Shown here: positions 62,894 to 64,000 of the stretch, piece after piece
Position numbering within the stretch: position 1 is the stretch's first letter
Layout: each line of letters begins with the position of its first letter
Assembly (NCBI GenBank): GCA_024679065.1
Contig: JAGIQG010000008.1
Coordinates: forward strand, 27,590,001 to 27,654,000
Length of the DNA: 64,000 bases
From: Sphyrna mokarran
Lineage: Eukaryota
Direction: 5' to 3'
Program-made: the position numbers and the translations under genes
The notes under the pieces: model-generated
Databases searched by the model: none
What the model was told of the DNA's origin: nothing
Seen by the model: the letters and a program-made list of their open reading frames with translations, nothing else

Positions 62894-64000
62894 CAATGTT
62901 TCAACACCATTTGTTACCTGATTCAAAACATCAATTTCAGCTTCTCCCTCCACAGATTACCATCAGTTCCATTCCTGTTGGTGCTCATAAGAGTTTTCCG
63001 TATGCATACTCTTTTCAAAATGATACACAAGTAGACCATGTTGGAAATAACTACAAATGTCCCCAGGAGGGCTTTGGGCTTCTTTGGTCCATCTCCAGCA
63101 ATGTGAGGATCTGAATTTTGCACCCAGTATATTTCAAATATATCTTAAAAATAGAAAGCTTGTCTACAATGCTTTTAACCTTACATGTTTTATAATGCAC
63201 ACAATAACTGCAATATCATTTAGTTGCCAAGTTACGTCTACTTCTAAATAAAACTCGACTTCGAATCATTTTTCTTGCTACAGAAGTTTTTTTTGCCAAA
63301 GTTAACATTTTGCACCTTTTTAAAAAGGTAATGTTGTTACTAAACTCTGATTTGAGCTTTTATAGATCCTATTCATCTGCAATAGCTCTTAAAATTAAAT
63401 AGTGCATTAATGACAGAAACCAAGGTAATGGAAAAAAGGGCATGCTCTCTATGACTCTTTCTGATTTAAATCATTGGGCATAAAGGCGGTTTACAAAGTA
63501 GACTCAAAGAATTAAAAGCCAGCTTTTATGAAAACTATTAATAACATATTAAAGTAAGACAATCTATACCAAAAGTAGTGAAATGGCACATTCTTTGGAA
63601 ACTAAATTAACTGCAGCCATAGAAACACTTTCATACTTATTATGTATCCTTGTGTTGATGCAATTATCAAAAGAACATCTGACAGCATCAGATTTAATTG
63701 AATTAATTTAACTGGATGAACAATCACTGAATTCCTGTTATTTGAAATTTCTTCTGAAAACTAACACTGGCATTTTGAAATTGCCTATAATTTGTATTCC
63801 GAAATACAATAGAAAGAACCTCACACAGATCTTTATATTCAGAAAATCGTTTTTGGATTCATGAACAAACAAAAGTGCAAATGAAGGCACTGCAGTGAGG
63901 ACTGAATGTTTCCTATTATTTATCCCATTTTATTCACTTGGGACCAGTCTCTGGCTTTCAACTTTAATCAAGTACTAGACTACATTTTCAAATTCATTGG

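Noticed and set aside
1-64000. The many 60-145 aa ORFs in the track as genes
   Set aside because: They are antisense or off-frame readings of TEs or random ORFs, many with non-ATG starts; none except those annotated resembles a protein I recognise.

Overview
Repeat-rich, AT-rich vertebrate non-coding DNA. It is very probably a shark/elasmobranch genome, judged from many HE1-type V-SINEs, HER1/CR1 LINEs and GGGC-ended Harbinger MITEs. I recognise no intact host gene, so the window is intergenic or inside a large intron. It is a palimpsest of nested mobile elements: CR1, RTE, L2 and Rex1/Babar LINEs; several Gypsy relics; three Harbinger transposase relics plus MITEs; tRNA-derived SINEs; Penelope-type terminal repeats carrying minimal hammerhead-ribozyme motifs; and a U2-snRNA-headed element. 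The only long ORF (7376-9007, -) is a young 5'-truncated CR1 reverse transcriptase. The standout is at about 58.1-60.8 kb: a decayed Gypsy-type LTR element (PBS, gag, protease) in which the protease runs in frame into an intronless, internally deleted copy of the N-terminal coiled coil of the nuclear-basket protein TPR, where RT/RNaseH/integrase would normally follow. All family assignments and the TPR/U2 alignments were made by eye from remembered sequences; no searches were run, and boundaries of old elements are approximate.
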